Shown: positions 8,806-20,009 of the stretch, one piece after another | Layout of the letters: the number at the start of each line of letters is the position of its first letter | Position numbering within the stretch: the first letter of the stretch is position 1 | Assembly (NCBI GenBank): GCA_964631735.1 | Contig: CAZVZV010000230.1 | Coordinates: 1 to 60,749, forward strand | Direction of reading: 5' to 3' | Length of the DNA: 60,749 nucleotides | Source of the DNA: an uncultured Enterobacteriaceae bacterium | Lineage (GTDB): Bacteria; Pseudomonadota; Gammaproteobacteria; Burkholderiales; SG8-39 | Notes under the pieces: model-generated | Database searches by the model: none | Told to the model about the DNA's origin: nothing | What the model saw: the letters and a program-made list of their open reading frames with translations, nothing else | Made by a program: the position numbers and the translations under genes

Positions 8806-8970
8806 GCCGACGATATCTTCATCCAGGAATTGCGCGCGGCGGACTGGGCGCCGCTGCCGCACGAACTGCTGGCGAAGGTCTCCAGCCGCATCATCAACGA
8901 AGTGCGCGGCATCAACCGCGTGACCTACGACATCTCCTCCAACCCCCCCGCCACCATCGAGTGGGAGTAG
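8806..8970 (+). pseudogene. guaA: guaA 3' fragment (copy 3) carrying a 135-nt internal in-frame deletion
   Basis: Encodes [14 protein letters not shown]|[40 protein letters not shown]. It aligns to 392..433 plus 569..691 of the intact gene with several substitutions. The downstream sequence differs from copies 1 and 2. Confidence 0.85.
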
Positions 8971-9009
8971 ATGGCGGTCCCGGCTGCCGCTTGGCGACAG
9001 GATAGAACG

Positions 9010-9366
9010 CTAGCTGCCGACCCCGGCATCCGCGGCAGCGCGTGCCAACCGCCGGTCGAAGGTCCAGAGCGGCGTTCGTGCCAGCACGCAACTCGCAAGC
9101 AGATGCGCATCGATATAGCCGAGCCCCTTGCCGTGCAGGCGCCTGCCCACGATCATCGCGAGTACCTCGGGGTCAGCGGCGCGCTGCACATGGGGAAGCG
9201 CGGAAAGCAGGCCGAGCAGTTCGTCGCGATTGCGCAGTTGGCCGCACGCCAGCTCGCCGACGACAAAGGGATGACTGCAGACCTCGGCCGAGCGAAGCAA
9301 TTTCGCGAGCCCCGGCTCTCCCCGCCTGAGATGTTCCACCCAGACGGAGCTGTCCACCAGGATCAT
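9010..9366 (-). CDS. vapC: PIN-domain toxin, type II TA system
   Basis: MILVDSSVWVEHLRRG...HPFVVGELACG...YIDAHLLASCVL has the typical PIN acidic residues (D5, E-containing GEL, D in IDAHL). The start abuts the vapB stop. Confidence 0.85.
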   Translation of the reverse strand: MILVDSSVWVEHLRRGEPGLAKLLRSAEVCSHPFVVGELACGQLRNRDELLGLLSALPHVQRAADPEVLAMIVGRRLHGKGLGYIDAHLLASCVLARTPLWTFDRRLARAAADAGVGS

Positions 9367-9570
9367 TCAGGCTGCGCGGCGGCGCGGAATTCGTCGCAAC
9401 CGGCGTTCGCTTCCGCCGAGGGCCGCCAAACGCTCCGCGCTCGCCTTCGCGATGAGTGCCTCGAGTCCCATGCGCACCAGCTCGGTCTTCGTTCTGACTC
9501 CGGTGAGCGCGGCAGCCCGCGCCAGCGCGGCGCGATCGAGATTCAGAGTGGTCCGGTCTGTTTCTTTCAT
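9367..9570 (-). CDS. vapB: type II antitoxin, VapB-like
   Basis: 67-aa MKETDRTTLNLDRAALARAAALTGVRTKTELVRMGLEALI... lies immediately upstream of vapC (TGA 9367-9369 adjacent to ATG 9364-9366). The longer ORF to 9744 was rejected. Confidence 0.75.
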   Translation of the reverse strand: MKETDRTTLNLDRAALARAAALTGVRTKTELVRMGLEALIAKASAERLAALGGSERRLRRIPRRRAA

Positions 9571-9599
9571 GCATACGATTATGCTCGATTCATATGCAT
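9569..9599 (-). promoter_or_regulatory. inverted repeat ATGCATA-N17-TATGCAT at the vapB start/promoter (candidate operator)
   Basis: Arms at 9569..9575 and 9593..9599 are perfect reverse complements. The left arm overlaps the vapB ATG. Confidence 0.3.
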
Positions 9600-9719
9600 C
9601 CGGCAAGCACCGCCTGGTGCACCACCGGCATGTGGCGCAGCGTATCAGTCGAGCGTATTGTGCAGATGACCAGGCGTGAAAGCGCGATACAGCACCGACC
9701 TCCGGCAGCGCGGCGCTGA

Positions 9720-11600
<1,881 letters not shown>

Positions 11601-11604
<4 letters not shown>

Positions 11605-13571
11605 ACCAGTTTTTCCGTGCCGCCATCCACCGGCACCTGCGCCGCGGTGGTCTTGGCGAACAGCGGCCCGCACATCTCGGCGGCCATTTCGGCCACGTCC
11701 TTCGACGTCACCTCCGTCTTCAGCAGGTTGTTCTTTTTGTATTGCTCTACGGTCAGGTCGTAGGCCTTGGCACGTGAGGCGAGGACCTCTTCGGTCCAGA
11801 GCGCCGTGTCGTAGACGGCATTGGGATGGATGGTGTTGATGCGGATGCCGTCCCTGGCCCACTCCAGCGCCGCCACGCGCGCCAGCTGGTTGAGCGCCGC
11901 CTTCGACGCCGAGTAGGCCGCCGCGCCCATGCCCGGCGCCGGCACGTTCTTCGATCCGATGACCACCACGCGGCCGCCGCGCGGCGCAAGCTTGAGCAGG
12001 CCGTGGCAGGACTGCATCACCAGCAGGTTCGCCTCGACATTGACCGCCATTGCGCTCCTCCACATCTCTGGGGCGATGTCCTTGACCGCCTGGGAGGAAG
12101 GAAAGATGCCGGCATTGAGGACCAGCATGTCCACCCCGCCGAAGCGCTTGACCGCAGCGTCCATCGCAGCCTGGATGGCGTTCCCGTCGGTGAGATCGCA
12201 GGCGACGCCCAGGTAGTCCTGACGCTTGAACAGGTCCGCAATCGCCGGATTGCGATCCAGGCCCACCACCGCGGCACCGCGCCTGAGGAATGCTTCGGCA
12301 CTGGCCTTGCCGATGCCAGACGCGGCACCGGTCACGACCGCGACCTCTCCGGTGAAGGCCGGCGGATTACCGGCTTTCGTCAGCTTTGCCTGCTCCAGGT
12401 CCCAGTACTCGATGTCGAAGGTGTGCTTTTCCTCCAGCGCGCGCCATCCGCCCAGCGCTTCGGCGCGCAGGATGACGTCGATGGTGTGCTCGTACAGGTC
12501 CGCGACGATCGCGGTGTCCTTCGCCGTACGGCCGAACGCGGCCAGGCCCAGTTCCGGGTCGAGCGCCATGCGCGGCGCGGTATCGAGGATGGTCTTGGCT
12601 TGTCTGGCTTGCTTGGCGTTTTTCTCGAAGTAGCCGCGATAGGCAGCGCTGAAGCGCGCCACGTCCCGCCCGAGCATCGGCAGCGGCTTGGTGCGGATGA
12701 CGTGGTCCGGCGTGGCCGGGCCGCGCTGCGAGATGCGCGCCACGTCGGGATGCCGCGCGAAGCCGAGAAAGCGCGGCGAGTCGTTGCACAGGCAAAGCAT
12801 GGGAAAGCCTGCCGCGCGCGAGACCTCATGGCGCATCAGCGCCACCTCCTCGCGTCGGAATCCCCGGGAGGAAGCTGGCGGCAGGCCGATGCTCCAGGCT
12901 TTCTTCGCCTCGAGGTAACGCTCGGCCATGGACACCAGCTCGATCATCAGCTCGTAGGACTCGCGCGCATCCTCGGCGAAAGAGAACACGCCGTGCGACA
13001 ACAGCACCATGCCCACGGTGCTGCTGGTCGCCTGCTTTGGATACTCGCGCGCGCAATAGGCGGCGAGGTCGAAGCCCGCCATGACGTAGGGAATCACCAC
13101 CGCCTTGCCGCCGTAGATGTCGCGGATGCGTTTTTCGCCGTCCGGCGAATTCGACACCGAGAGCACGGCATCGGCGTGCGTATGGTCCACATACTTGTGC
13201 GGCAGGATGGCGTGCAGGATGGTTTCCACCGACGGCGCCGGCGCGCCGCTGCGCAAAGTATGCGTGGCAAGCTCGTTCACCATCTGCGGGTCCGACAGCG
13301 CGGGCAGTGACGCAAGCCGCCGCACGTAGCCCAGTTTCACCGGAGCGAACCCGGCGGCTTCGATGCTCTCCAGGTCCCAGCCGCTGCCCTTGACGTAAAG
13401 AATGTCCTGGTCCTCGCCGAACAGGTTCTTTTCGCTCAGCTTGACCGAGGTGTTGCCGCCGCCGTGCAGCACCAGGGATTTGTCGCGCCCAAGCAGGCGC
13501 GAGGTGTAGACGCGCGGGCCCAGCGGGCCGGAGAATTTCACCGCCTCGGCATCGTTCCACAGGCTTTGCAT
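11601..13571 (-). CDS. bifunctional class II aldolase/adducin-domain + short-chain dehydrogenase (SDR) protein
   Basis: 656 aa. N-terminal aldolase_II-like LHGGGNTSVK...VDHTHADAVL. C-terminal SDR with VAVVTGAASGIGKA, NAGI and YSASKAAL motifs. Confidence 0.85.
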
Positions 13572-13594
13572 GGCGCGAATTATACTTTTGCGCG

Positions 13595-14017
13595 ATGTTG
13601 CGAATCGAACTGATGGACTGGAGCACCGCCCGCGTCGAAGCTGGCCGCATTCGCCTGAAGGTGTTCGTCGAAGAGCAGCGCGTGCCGGCCGAGATCGAGA
13701 TGGACGAAAAGGACGCCGCTTGCGTGCATGCGCTGGCCTACTGGGAGGGCAGGGCAGTGGGCACCGGCCGGCTGTTGCCGGACGGTCACATCGGGCGTAT
13801 GGCAGTGCTCAAGCAGGTCCGCTCCCGCGGCGTGGGCGGCGTGATCCTCGAGCGCCTGGTCGAGGAGGCGCGCCGCAGGGGGATGAAGCAAGTCGTCCTG
13901 TCAGCGCAGACACACGCCCTGGGCTTCTATCGCAGGCACGGCTTCATCGAAGAAGGCGCAATCTTCGAGGAGGCCGGCATACCGCATCAGGAAATGCGGC
14001 GCGTGCTGAATTCATAA
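13595..14017 (+). CDS. GNAT-family N-acetyltransferase
   Basis: 140 aa with the acetyl-CoA motif RMAVLKQVRSRGVGGVILERLVEEARRRG and ...ALGFYRRHGF. Confidence 0.8.
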   Translation: MLRIELMDWSTARVEAGRIRLKVFVEEQRVPAEIEMDEKDAACVHALAYWEGRAVGTGRLLPDGHIGRMAVLKQVRSRGVGGVILERLVEEARRRGMKQVVLSAQTHALGFYRRHGFIEEGAIFEEAGIPHQEMRRVLNS

Positions 14018-14649
14018 CGCAATGTGTCTTGCGCGGTGCCATCGCTGGCGAACGCGCGCTCGGCGAAAGCGATCCCTTCCTCGCCCTGCATCAGCACGCT
14101 CGAGCAGCGGGTGCCGTATCGCTCGTCGACGATCTTGGCCTTGGCGAGCACGCCGAACAGCGGTTCTACGGACACCGGGCAATCGCGGAAGCGCTGCTTG
14201 TGCTCCTGCACGTCCGGCGTGTCGAGCAGCAGGTTGCCCAGGCCGTACCAGCCGGGCTCGAGCCGGCGCGAGTCGCCGTCGCGATTGGACAGCCACCAGA
14301 GCTCTTCGCCGTCCGAGGCGAACAGGTTGAAGCCGCTGTAGGCCGACTTGCGCTGCGCCAACTCCCGCACGCTCACGCCCTCCAGGAAGCTCGTGACGAG
14401 CGCGCCGCGAGACTCCGCGGCAGCGGGCTCAGTTCCGCCCCGGTAGTTGGTGACCGCCGCAAAGCGCCCGCCGCGCGACACGCCCATCCAGGTGCCACGC
14501 GCCTGCAGGTCGCGACCCGCGAGCACGTCGGGGTTGTCGTCCCAGAACCCGGCGCGCGCAGCCGGTCGGCCGTGGAACTCGTCGCGGTTCGCGGCGACCA
14601 CCAGCGGGAAGCGCGCGTGCACCTTCCACGCGACGAGGATCAGGCACAT
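13987..14649 (-). CDS. NRDE-family (TANGO2-like, DUF833) protein
   Basis: MCLILVAWKVHARFPLVVAANRDEF has the family-defining N-terminal Cys and NRDE motif. Confidence 0.8.
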   Translation of the reverse strand: MCLILVAWKVHARFPLVVAANRDEFHGRPAARAGFWDDNPDVLAGRDLQARGTWMGVSRGGRFAAVTNYRGGTEPAAAESRGALVTSFLEGVSVRELAQRKSAYSGFNLFASDGEELWWLSNRDGDSRRLEPGWYGLGNLLLDTPDVQEHKQRFRDCPVSVEPLFGVLAKAKIVDERYGTRCSSVLMQGEEGIAFAERAFASDGTAQDTLRYEFSTRRIS

Positions 14650-14897
14650 ACGAAGCGCTCGACGTGCCGTTGCAGGCCGAGCGGCGCGGCCTCGCGCTCG
14701 AGCAGCGCCTCGAACGCCAATTCGTCGCCGACGTCCTCGTAGACTTCCATGTAGGTTGCCGGCTCGTCGCGGCGGCGCATCCAGCGGCCACGCACGCCGG
14801 TCGCCGCTTCGATACTGCGAAACAGCTGGCGCACCTCTTCCTGCAACGACGCAATCCGGCCGGGTTCGACCCGGTAGTAGACGAAGTAACTGGTCAC
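14640..14897 (-). CDS. DUF4936-like small protein
   Basis: 85 aa, MTSYFVYYRVEPGRIASLQEEV... Overlaps the ygfZ stop (4 nt) and the NRDE start (10 nt), suggesting one operon. Confidence 0.6.
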   Translation of the reverse strand: MTSYFVYYRVEPGRIASLQEEVRQLFRSIEAATGVRGRWMRRRDEPATYMEVYEDVGDELAFEALLEREAAPLGLQRHVERFVCA

Positions 14898-15805
14898 GCC
14901 GCGCTGGGCAGGGGAAGCAATTCGAGCTGCGGCCCGTCAGCGGCGCCGAGCCGGATCGTGCTGGCGCTCTCCAGCGAACTGATCTGCACCACGGCCAGCA
15001 ATTCGGTTCCTCCTTCCGGCGCGGCCGCAGCGTTCACCACCGTGCCGCTCGCCTGGCCGGGCAGGTCGGCCGCGTAGAGATCGTTGCCTGGCGCCGCAGG
15101 CGCTGCTACTCGCGCGCGCACCATGCGGCGCTTGAGAACGCCGCGATACTGGGTGCGCGCCACGATTTCCTGCCCCGGGTAGCAGCCCTTCTTGAAGTCG
15201 ACGGCGCCCAGCCGTTCAAGGTTCACCATCTGCGGCACGAACAGGTCTTGTGTCGCCTGCACCACCAGCGGCCGGCCGGCGCGGATCTCCTCCAGCGCCC
15301 AAGCCTCGTCATCGCCGCCGAACAGCGCCCGCTCGCGCAGCGCCGGCGTAAGCATGAGAAGAAAGCGCTGTGGCGCGACCCGGACCACCACCGCGACGGC
15401 ACTCTGCGCGGCCGCGAGGTCCTCGGCCGGGACAGGCATGCCCAGTGCCGCCAGCCGCGCTTCGGCGCCCGGGCCCCATAGCCCGCACTGCACCCAGTCC
15501 GCGCTGGCGTCCGCCACTTTGGCCTTGGCGCGCAGGACGAACATGGACAGGCGCTTGGTGACGGCCGGTGCCAGGTCGCGCGACAACTGCAGCAGGAATC
15601 CACGCCCGAACGGCACCACGAGAATGCTCGCCAACAACCGTCCCTTCGCCGAACACCAGCCGGCGTAGCGCGCGCGGTCTGCCTCGAGGCCGGCGATGTC
15701 GCTGCTGAGTTGCGCGTGCAGGAATGCGCGCGCCTCGTCGCCCGTGCACGTTAGCATGCCGAGCCGCTTCAATTCCGCCGTTGCGTGGGAGACCTTGGTG
15801 TCCAT
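14894..15805 (-). CDS. ygfZ: folate-binding tRNA-modification/Fe-S protein YgfZ
   Basis: C-terminal signature KKGCYPGQEIVARTQYRG. N-terminus ...LTCTGDEARAFLHAQLSSDI. Start taken at ATG 15805; the ORF is open to 15850. Confidence 0.8.
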   Translation of the reverse strand: MDTKVSHATAELKRLGMLTCTGDEARAFLHAQLSSDIAGLEADRARYAGWCSAKGRLLASILVVPFGRGFLLQLSRDLAPAVTKRLSMFVLRAKAKVADASADWVQCGLWGPGAEARLAALGMPVPAEDLAAAQSAVAVVVRVAPQRFLLMLTPALRERALFGGDDEAWALEEIRAGRPLVVQATQDLFVPQMVNLERLGAVDFKKGCYPGQEIVARTQYRGVLKRRMVRARVAAPAAPGNDLYAADLPGQASGTVVNAAAAPEGGTELLAVVQISSLESASTIRLGAADGPQLELLPLPSAA

Positions 15806-15811
15806 CGTAGA

Positions 15812-16843
15812 ATGCTTGCACGATTTTATTCCCATTCCGCTGTGACCCACGTTCGACTCTTCCTCGCCCTGGTGTTAGTCGGGTTGCTGTCCGCGGCTGG
15901 CTACGCCGCCTGGTACCTGAGCACGCCCGTACCCATCGCCACCCTGCCTGTGGAGTTTGAAATACCCGCGGGCAGCGGCTTGCGCGCCGCCGTGCGCCGC
16001 ATGGAGCAGGCCGGCATCGGCATGCGACCGCTGCAGTTCGAGCTGCTGGCCCGGGCGCTGGGGCGCGATGCGGAGATCAGGGCTGGCTACTACCAAGTCA
16101 CCACCGCGGCGAGACCGCTGGCGCTGCTCGACAAGCTGGCGCGCGGCGACGTGATGCAGGCCGAACTCCAGGTGATCGAGGGCTCGACCTTCCTCCAGTT
16201 GCGCGCGGCACTCGACGCCAGCCCGGTCCTGCGCCACGACAGCGCGGGTCTGAGCGACGCGGAACTGCTCAAGCGCGTTGGGGCGGACGAGCGGCACGCG
16301 GAAGGACTGTTCTTTCCCGACACCTATGTCTTCGATCGCGGTTCGAGCGATCTCGCCGTGCTGAGGCGTGCCTACCGGGTAATGCAGGCGCATCTGGCGC
16401 AGGAATGGGAGCAGCGCGCTGCCGACGTGCCCTACCGCACGCCGTACGAAGCGCTCATCATGGCGTCGATCGTCGAAAAGGAAACCGGCAAGGCCGAAGA
16501 GCGTGAGCAGATCGCCGGCGTGCTGGTGAATCGGCTGCGCATCCGCATGGCGCTGCAGGCCGATCCCACCGTGATCTACGGACTGGGCGCAAGCTTCGAT
16601 GGCAACCTGAAAAAGGCGCACTTGAAGGCGGACGGGCCCTACAACACCTATACGCGCCGGGGCTTGCCGCCGACGCCGATCGCGCTGCCTGGCCAGGCAT
16701 CACTGCGCGCCGCGTTGCGCCCAGCGCAGATAAAGGCTCTCTACTATGTCTCGCGTGGCGACGGCAGCAGCCAGTTTTCGCGCACGCTGCAGGAGCACAA
16801 TCGGGCGGTGTCACAATACCAGCTCAAGCCAAGACGCCGATGA
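15812..16843 (+). CDS. mltG: endolytic murein transglycosylase
   Basis: N-terminal TM helix LFLALVLVGLLSAAGYAAWYL and YceG motifs ASIVEKET...VLVNRLRIRMALQADPTVIYG...YNTYTRRGLPPTPIALPG. GTG 15842 is an alternative start. Confidence 0.85.
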   Translation: MLARFYSHSAVTHVRLFLALVLVGLLSAAGYAAWYLSTPVPIATLPVEFEIPAGSGLRAAVRRMEQAGIGMRPLQFELLARALGRDAEIRAGYYQVTTAARPLALLDKLARGDVMQAELQVIEGSTFLQLRAALDASPVLRHDSAGLSDAELLKRVGADERHAEGLFFPDTYVFDRGSSDLAVLRRAYRVMQAHLAQEWEQRAADVPYRTPYEALIMASIVEKETGKAEEREQIAGVLVNRLRIRMALQADPTVIYGLGASFDGNLKKAHLKADGPYNTYTRRGLPPTPIALPGQASLRAALRPAQIKALYYVSRGDGSSQFSRTLQEHNRAVSQYQLKPRRR

Positions 16844-17451
16844 CCAGGGGCCGCTTCATCACGCTCGAAGGCGTGGACGGCGCTGGCAAGTCCACGCACG
16901 TGGCGTGGATCGCCGAGCGGCTGCGCGCGCGCGGCCGCACGGTGCTGGTGACGCGCGAACCCGGCGGCACGCCGCTCGCAGAGAAGCTGCGCGAACTCGT
17001 GCTCGCCGAACCGATGGATCCGATCGCCGAAACCATGCTGCTGTTCGCGGCACGGGCGGACCACGTGCAGCGCGTGATCGCCCCGGCGCTGCAGGCGGGC
17101 GACTGGGTGCTGTGCGACCGCTTCACCGACGCGACGTTTGCCTACCAAGGCGGAGGGAAGGGCGTCGCCGCGGAACTGATCGCCCACCTGGCGCAGGTCT
17201 CGCATGACGGATTGCTGCCGGACCGCACGCTGGTGTTCGATTGTCCTTACGAAGTCAGCCGCGAACGGCTCCGCCGTACCGGCCGTGCGCCGGACCGTTT
17301 CGAGCGCGAGGATCGCGAGTTCTTCGAGCGGGTGCGCCAGGCCTACCTGGGTTTGGCGCGCACCGACCCCGAGCGGATCCGCGTGGTGGACGCGACTGGG
17401 ACAGTGGCTAATATTAAGAAGATGATTGAAGAAGAGATTGCAATAGATTGA
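16840..17451 (+). CDS. tmk: thymidylate kinase
   Basis: MTRGRFITLEGVDGAGKSTH contains the P-loop; also TREPGGTP. ATG overlaps the mltG stop. Confidence 0.92.
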   Translation: MTRGRFITLEGVDGAGKSTHVAWIAERLRARGRTVLVTREPGGTPLAEKLRELVLAEPMDPIAETMLLFAARADHVQRVIAPALQAGDWVLCDRFTDATFAYQGGGKGVAAELIAHLAQVSHDGLLPDRTLVFDCPYEVSRERLRRTGRAPDRFEREDREFFERVRQAYLGLARTDPERIRVVDATGTVANIKKMIEEEIAID

Positions 17452-18434
17452 ATAACAAACTATATCCGTGGCAGAAAGTGGTCTGGGAGCAGCTCCTGGG
17501 CATGCGTGCCAGGTTGCCCCAAGCGCTGTTGGTCCATGGGCCCGAAGGCATCGGCAAACTGGTGCTGGCCGAGCAATTCGCGCAGCTCCTGCTGTGCGAG
17601 ACGGCCGGGCCGTTGCAGGCTCCTTGCGGCACCTGTGATGGCTGCCGGTGGTTCCTGGCGGGTACCCATCCGGATTTACGCCGCCTTGAGCCCGAATCCC
17701 TGTCGCGGCTGCGCGAAACGGGCCAGGAGCTGGATGAGGCAGCGCCCACGGCATCGAAGACGCAAAAGCCCAGCGCCGAGGTCAAGATCGACCAGGTGCG
17801 CTCGCTGGACAGCTTCCTCAACCTGCGTTCGCACCGCGGGCGGCAGCGGGTGGTGCTGGTGCATCCGGCGGAAGACATGAATCGAAACGCTGCGAACGCA
17901 CTGCTCAAGGGCCTCGAGGAACCCCAATCGCAAGCGCATTTCATCCTGGTATCGCACCGGCCGGCGCGTCTGCTGCCGACCATCCGTAGCCGCTGCGTGG
18001 CATTGCCGGTGGCATTGCCTGATTCGGCGGCAGCCGGTTCCTGGCTCAAGGCGCAGGGGGTGCCGGATTGGGAAGCTTGGCTGGCGTTTGCGGGTGGCGC
18101 GCCTTTGCGCGCGCTGGAGTACGCCTCAGGGGCTGGCGAGACGATCGCCAGGCTGCGCAAGGCCCTTCAGGCGAAGGATCTGGACGCTTTGGGGGCGATC
18201 AATGACCGGGAGCAGCTCGAGACGTTGGCGGAAGTCCTGCAGAAGCACGCGTTGAACGTCGCAATGCAGTCTTTATGCAGTGTTTCGAGGTATGGACAGG
18301 CTACTGCGTCAGCTCAGGCGGTCGCTTGGCTGCGTTACGCACGGCAGATGGGGAGGAATCGGTTGCTGGCTAGCCATCCGCTGAACCCGCGGTTATTTGC
18401 GGGGGAGATGATTGCTGGAATGCCTAAGAACTGA
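17448..18434 (+). CDS. holB: DNA polymerase III subunit delta'
   Basis: YPWQ...LPQALLVHGPEGIGK...CGTCDGCRW...HPDL...NALLKGLEEP...SRC. TTG start overlaps the tmk stop. Confidence 0.88.
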   Translation: MNNKLYPWQKVVWEQLLGMRARLPQALLVHGPEGIGKLVLAEQFAQLLLCETAGPLQAPCGTCDGCRWFLAGTHPDLRRLEPESLSRLRETGQELDEAAPTASKTQKPSAEVKIDQVRSLDSFLNLRSHRGRQRVVLVHPAEDMNRNAANALLKGLEEPQSQAHFILVSHRPARLLPTIRSRCVALPVALPDSAAAGSWLKAQGVPDWEAWLAFAGGAPLRALEYASGAGETIARLRKALQAKDLDALGAINDREQLETLAEVLQKHALNVAMQSLCSVSRYGQATASAQAVAWLRYARQMGRNRLLASHPLNPRLFAGEMIAGMPKN

Positions 18435-18513
18435 AGGGGGCGGACTGGGGGAAGTAATCTGCCCTATTACTTAACATAATACACATTGATTAACTTAGAT
18501 CTGGCTCGAGCCC

Positions 18514-18945
18514 TCAATTCCAGCGCCCAGAAGGCGGTATGGGAAGTCTCGCTACAGGGATCCCTTCTTCGACCAGAGCGTCGTGTTCCTCCTGGCTTGC
18601 CTGGCCACGGATGGAGCGTGCAGGCGCTTCCTGGTTGTGAATGCGCCGCGCTTCCGCCGGGAACGAAGAACCGACGTCCTCCGATTTCGTCAGCAGATCG
18701 TCCAGCATGCGCGAGTAAAGCTTCTGCGCGAGGGCCAGAGGGTCCTGCCCCGCTTGCTCGCGCGCGGCGGGTTGGGGCGCACCTGTATTGAAACGCGTCG
18801 CAGAGGGAACGCGGTCCACCTGCTGCGATGCACAGGCCGGGCAAGCCACCAAACCGCGCGCCTTCTGCTTCGTGTAGTCCTCAGCCGACGCGAACCAGCC
18901 CTCGAATCGGTGGCCGGTACCGCACAGCAGATCGAAAATCTTCAT
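18514..18945 (-). CDS. DUF1178-family protein
   Basis: MKIFDLLCGTGHRFEGWFASAEDY...CPACAS has the typical DUF1178 N-terminus with Cys pairs. Confidence 0.7.
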   Translation of the reverse strand: MKIFDLLCGTGHRFEGWFASAEDYTKQKARGLVACPACASQQVDRVPSATRFNTGAPQPAAREQAGQDPLALAQKLYSRMLDDLLTKSEDVGSSFPAEARRIHNQEAPARSIRGQASQEEHDALVEEGIPVARLPIPPSGRWN

Positions 18946-18971
18946 GTGCTGGATTCTATTACGATTACACC

Positions 18972-20009
18972 ATGATCGCCGACCGGCTCGAGGGGAAATG
19001 GATCGACCTGTTTGCCGAGGTGTTCGCCCTTTGCAAGGTGAGCCCCGGCGACGCCTGCGCCATCCTGTCCGAGACCCAGTCGCGTGCCCTGAACGTTCAG
19101 CTCGCCGAGCTCGCTCTGCTCAGGCTTGGCGCCAGACCATTCCACGTCGTGGTGCCTACGCCACGCCAAACGGCGCCGGTACCGATCCGCTCCACCGGCG
19201 CGTCGGTTGTCCTCGCGGGCCAAGGCCCCGCCTTGCAAGCGCTCGCCGCCTCTGCATTCATCGCCGATTGCACGCTGGAAGGCCTGATGCATGCGGCCGA
19301 ACTGCCCGCCATCCTGAAGGGCGGGGCGCGGGTGCTCTACATCTCAAATGAGCACCCCGACGTGCTCGAGCGCCTTGCCCCCTCCCCCGCAGACGAACAG
19401 CAGGTGAGGGCGGGGATGCGCCGGCTGCGCGAAGCGAAGCAAATGCAGGTGACCTCGCCTGCCGGCACCGCCCTCGCAATCCGCGTGGAAGGCGCACGCG
19501 TCGGCGGCGTATGGGGCTTTACGGATAAGCCTGGCACGCTATCGCACTGGCCGGGTGGGCTTTGCCTCTGCTTTCCAACCGCCGGGAGCGTCAACGGCAC
19601 GCTGGTCATGGCGCCAGGGGACCTCAATCTCACTTTCAAGCGCTACGTGGAATCGCCGGTGCGCCTGAGCATTGAGAACGACTACGTGACACGCATCGAC
19701 GGCGAGTCGCTCGATGCGGAACTGATGCGCGAGTATTTCGCGGCCTGGGGCGATCGCGAGGCCTACGCGGTCTCGCACGTCGGCTGGGGCATGAACGCGC
19801 GCGCGCGCTGGGACGCGCTCGCCCTTTACGACCGGCGGGACGTCAACGGCACGGAGCAGCGTGCCTTTGCGGGCAATTTCCTCTATTCCACCGGCGCGAA
19901 CGAAGTCGCCGGGCGCCATACGCTCGGTCACTTCGACCTGCCGTTTCGCCATTGCACAGTGGCGCTGGACGGTGGGGCGGTCGTGCGGGACGGCAAGCTG
20001 GTCGCTTGA
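18972..20009 (+). CDS. NicX-like 2,5-dihydroxypyridine 5,6-dioxygenase / aminopeptidase-T-fold protein
   Basis: ...HWPGGLCLCFP...AVSHVGWGMNARARW...RAFAGNFLYSTGANE...LGHFDLPFRHCTVALDG parallels NicX, including His/His/Asp ligand contexts (SHVGWG, GHFD). The longer ORF from 18828 was rejected. Confidence 0.7.
   Translation: MIADRLEGKWIDLFAEVFALCKVSPGDACAILSETQSRALNVQLAELALLRLGARPFHVVVPTPRQTAPVPIRSTGASVVLAGQGPALQALAASAFIADCTLEGLMHAAELPAILKGGARVLYISNEHPDVLERLAPSPADEQQVRAGMRRLREAKQMQVTSPAGTALAIRVEGARVGGVWGFTDKPGTLSHWPGGLCLCFPTAGSVNGTLVMAPGDLNLTFKRYVESPVRLSIENDYVTRIDGESLDAELMREYFAAWGDREAYAVSHVGWGMNARARWDALALYDRRDVNGTEQRAFAGNFLYSTGANEVAGRHTLGHFDLPFRHCTVALDGGAVVRDGKLVA

Noticed and set aside
18455-18505. 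Strikingly AT-rich patch (ctattacttaacataatacacattgattaacttagat) between holB and the DUF1178 gene
   Set aside because: No convincing hairpin, promoter hexamer pair or repeat could be defined by eye. It may just be a convergent-gene spacer.
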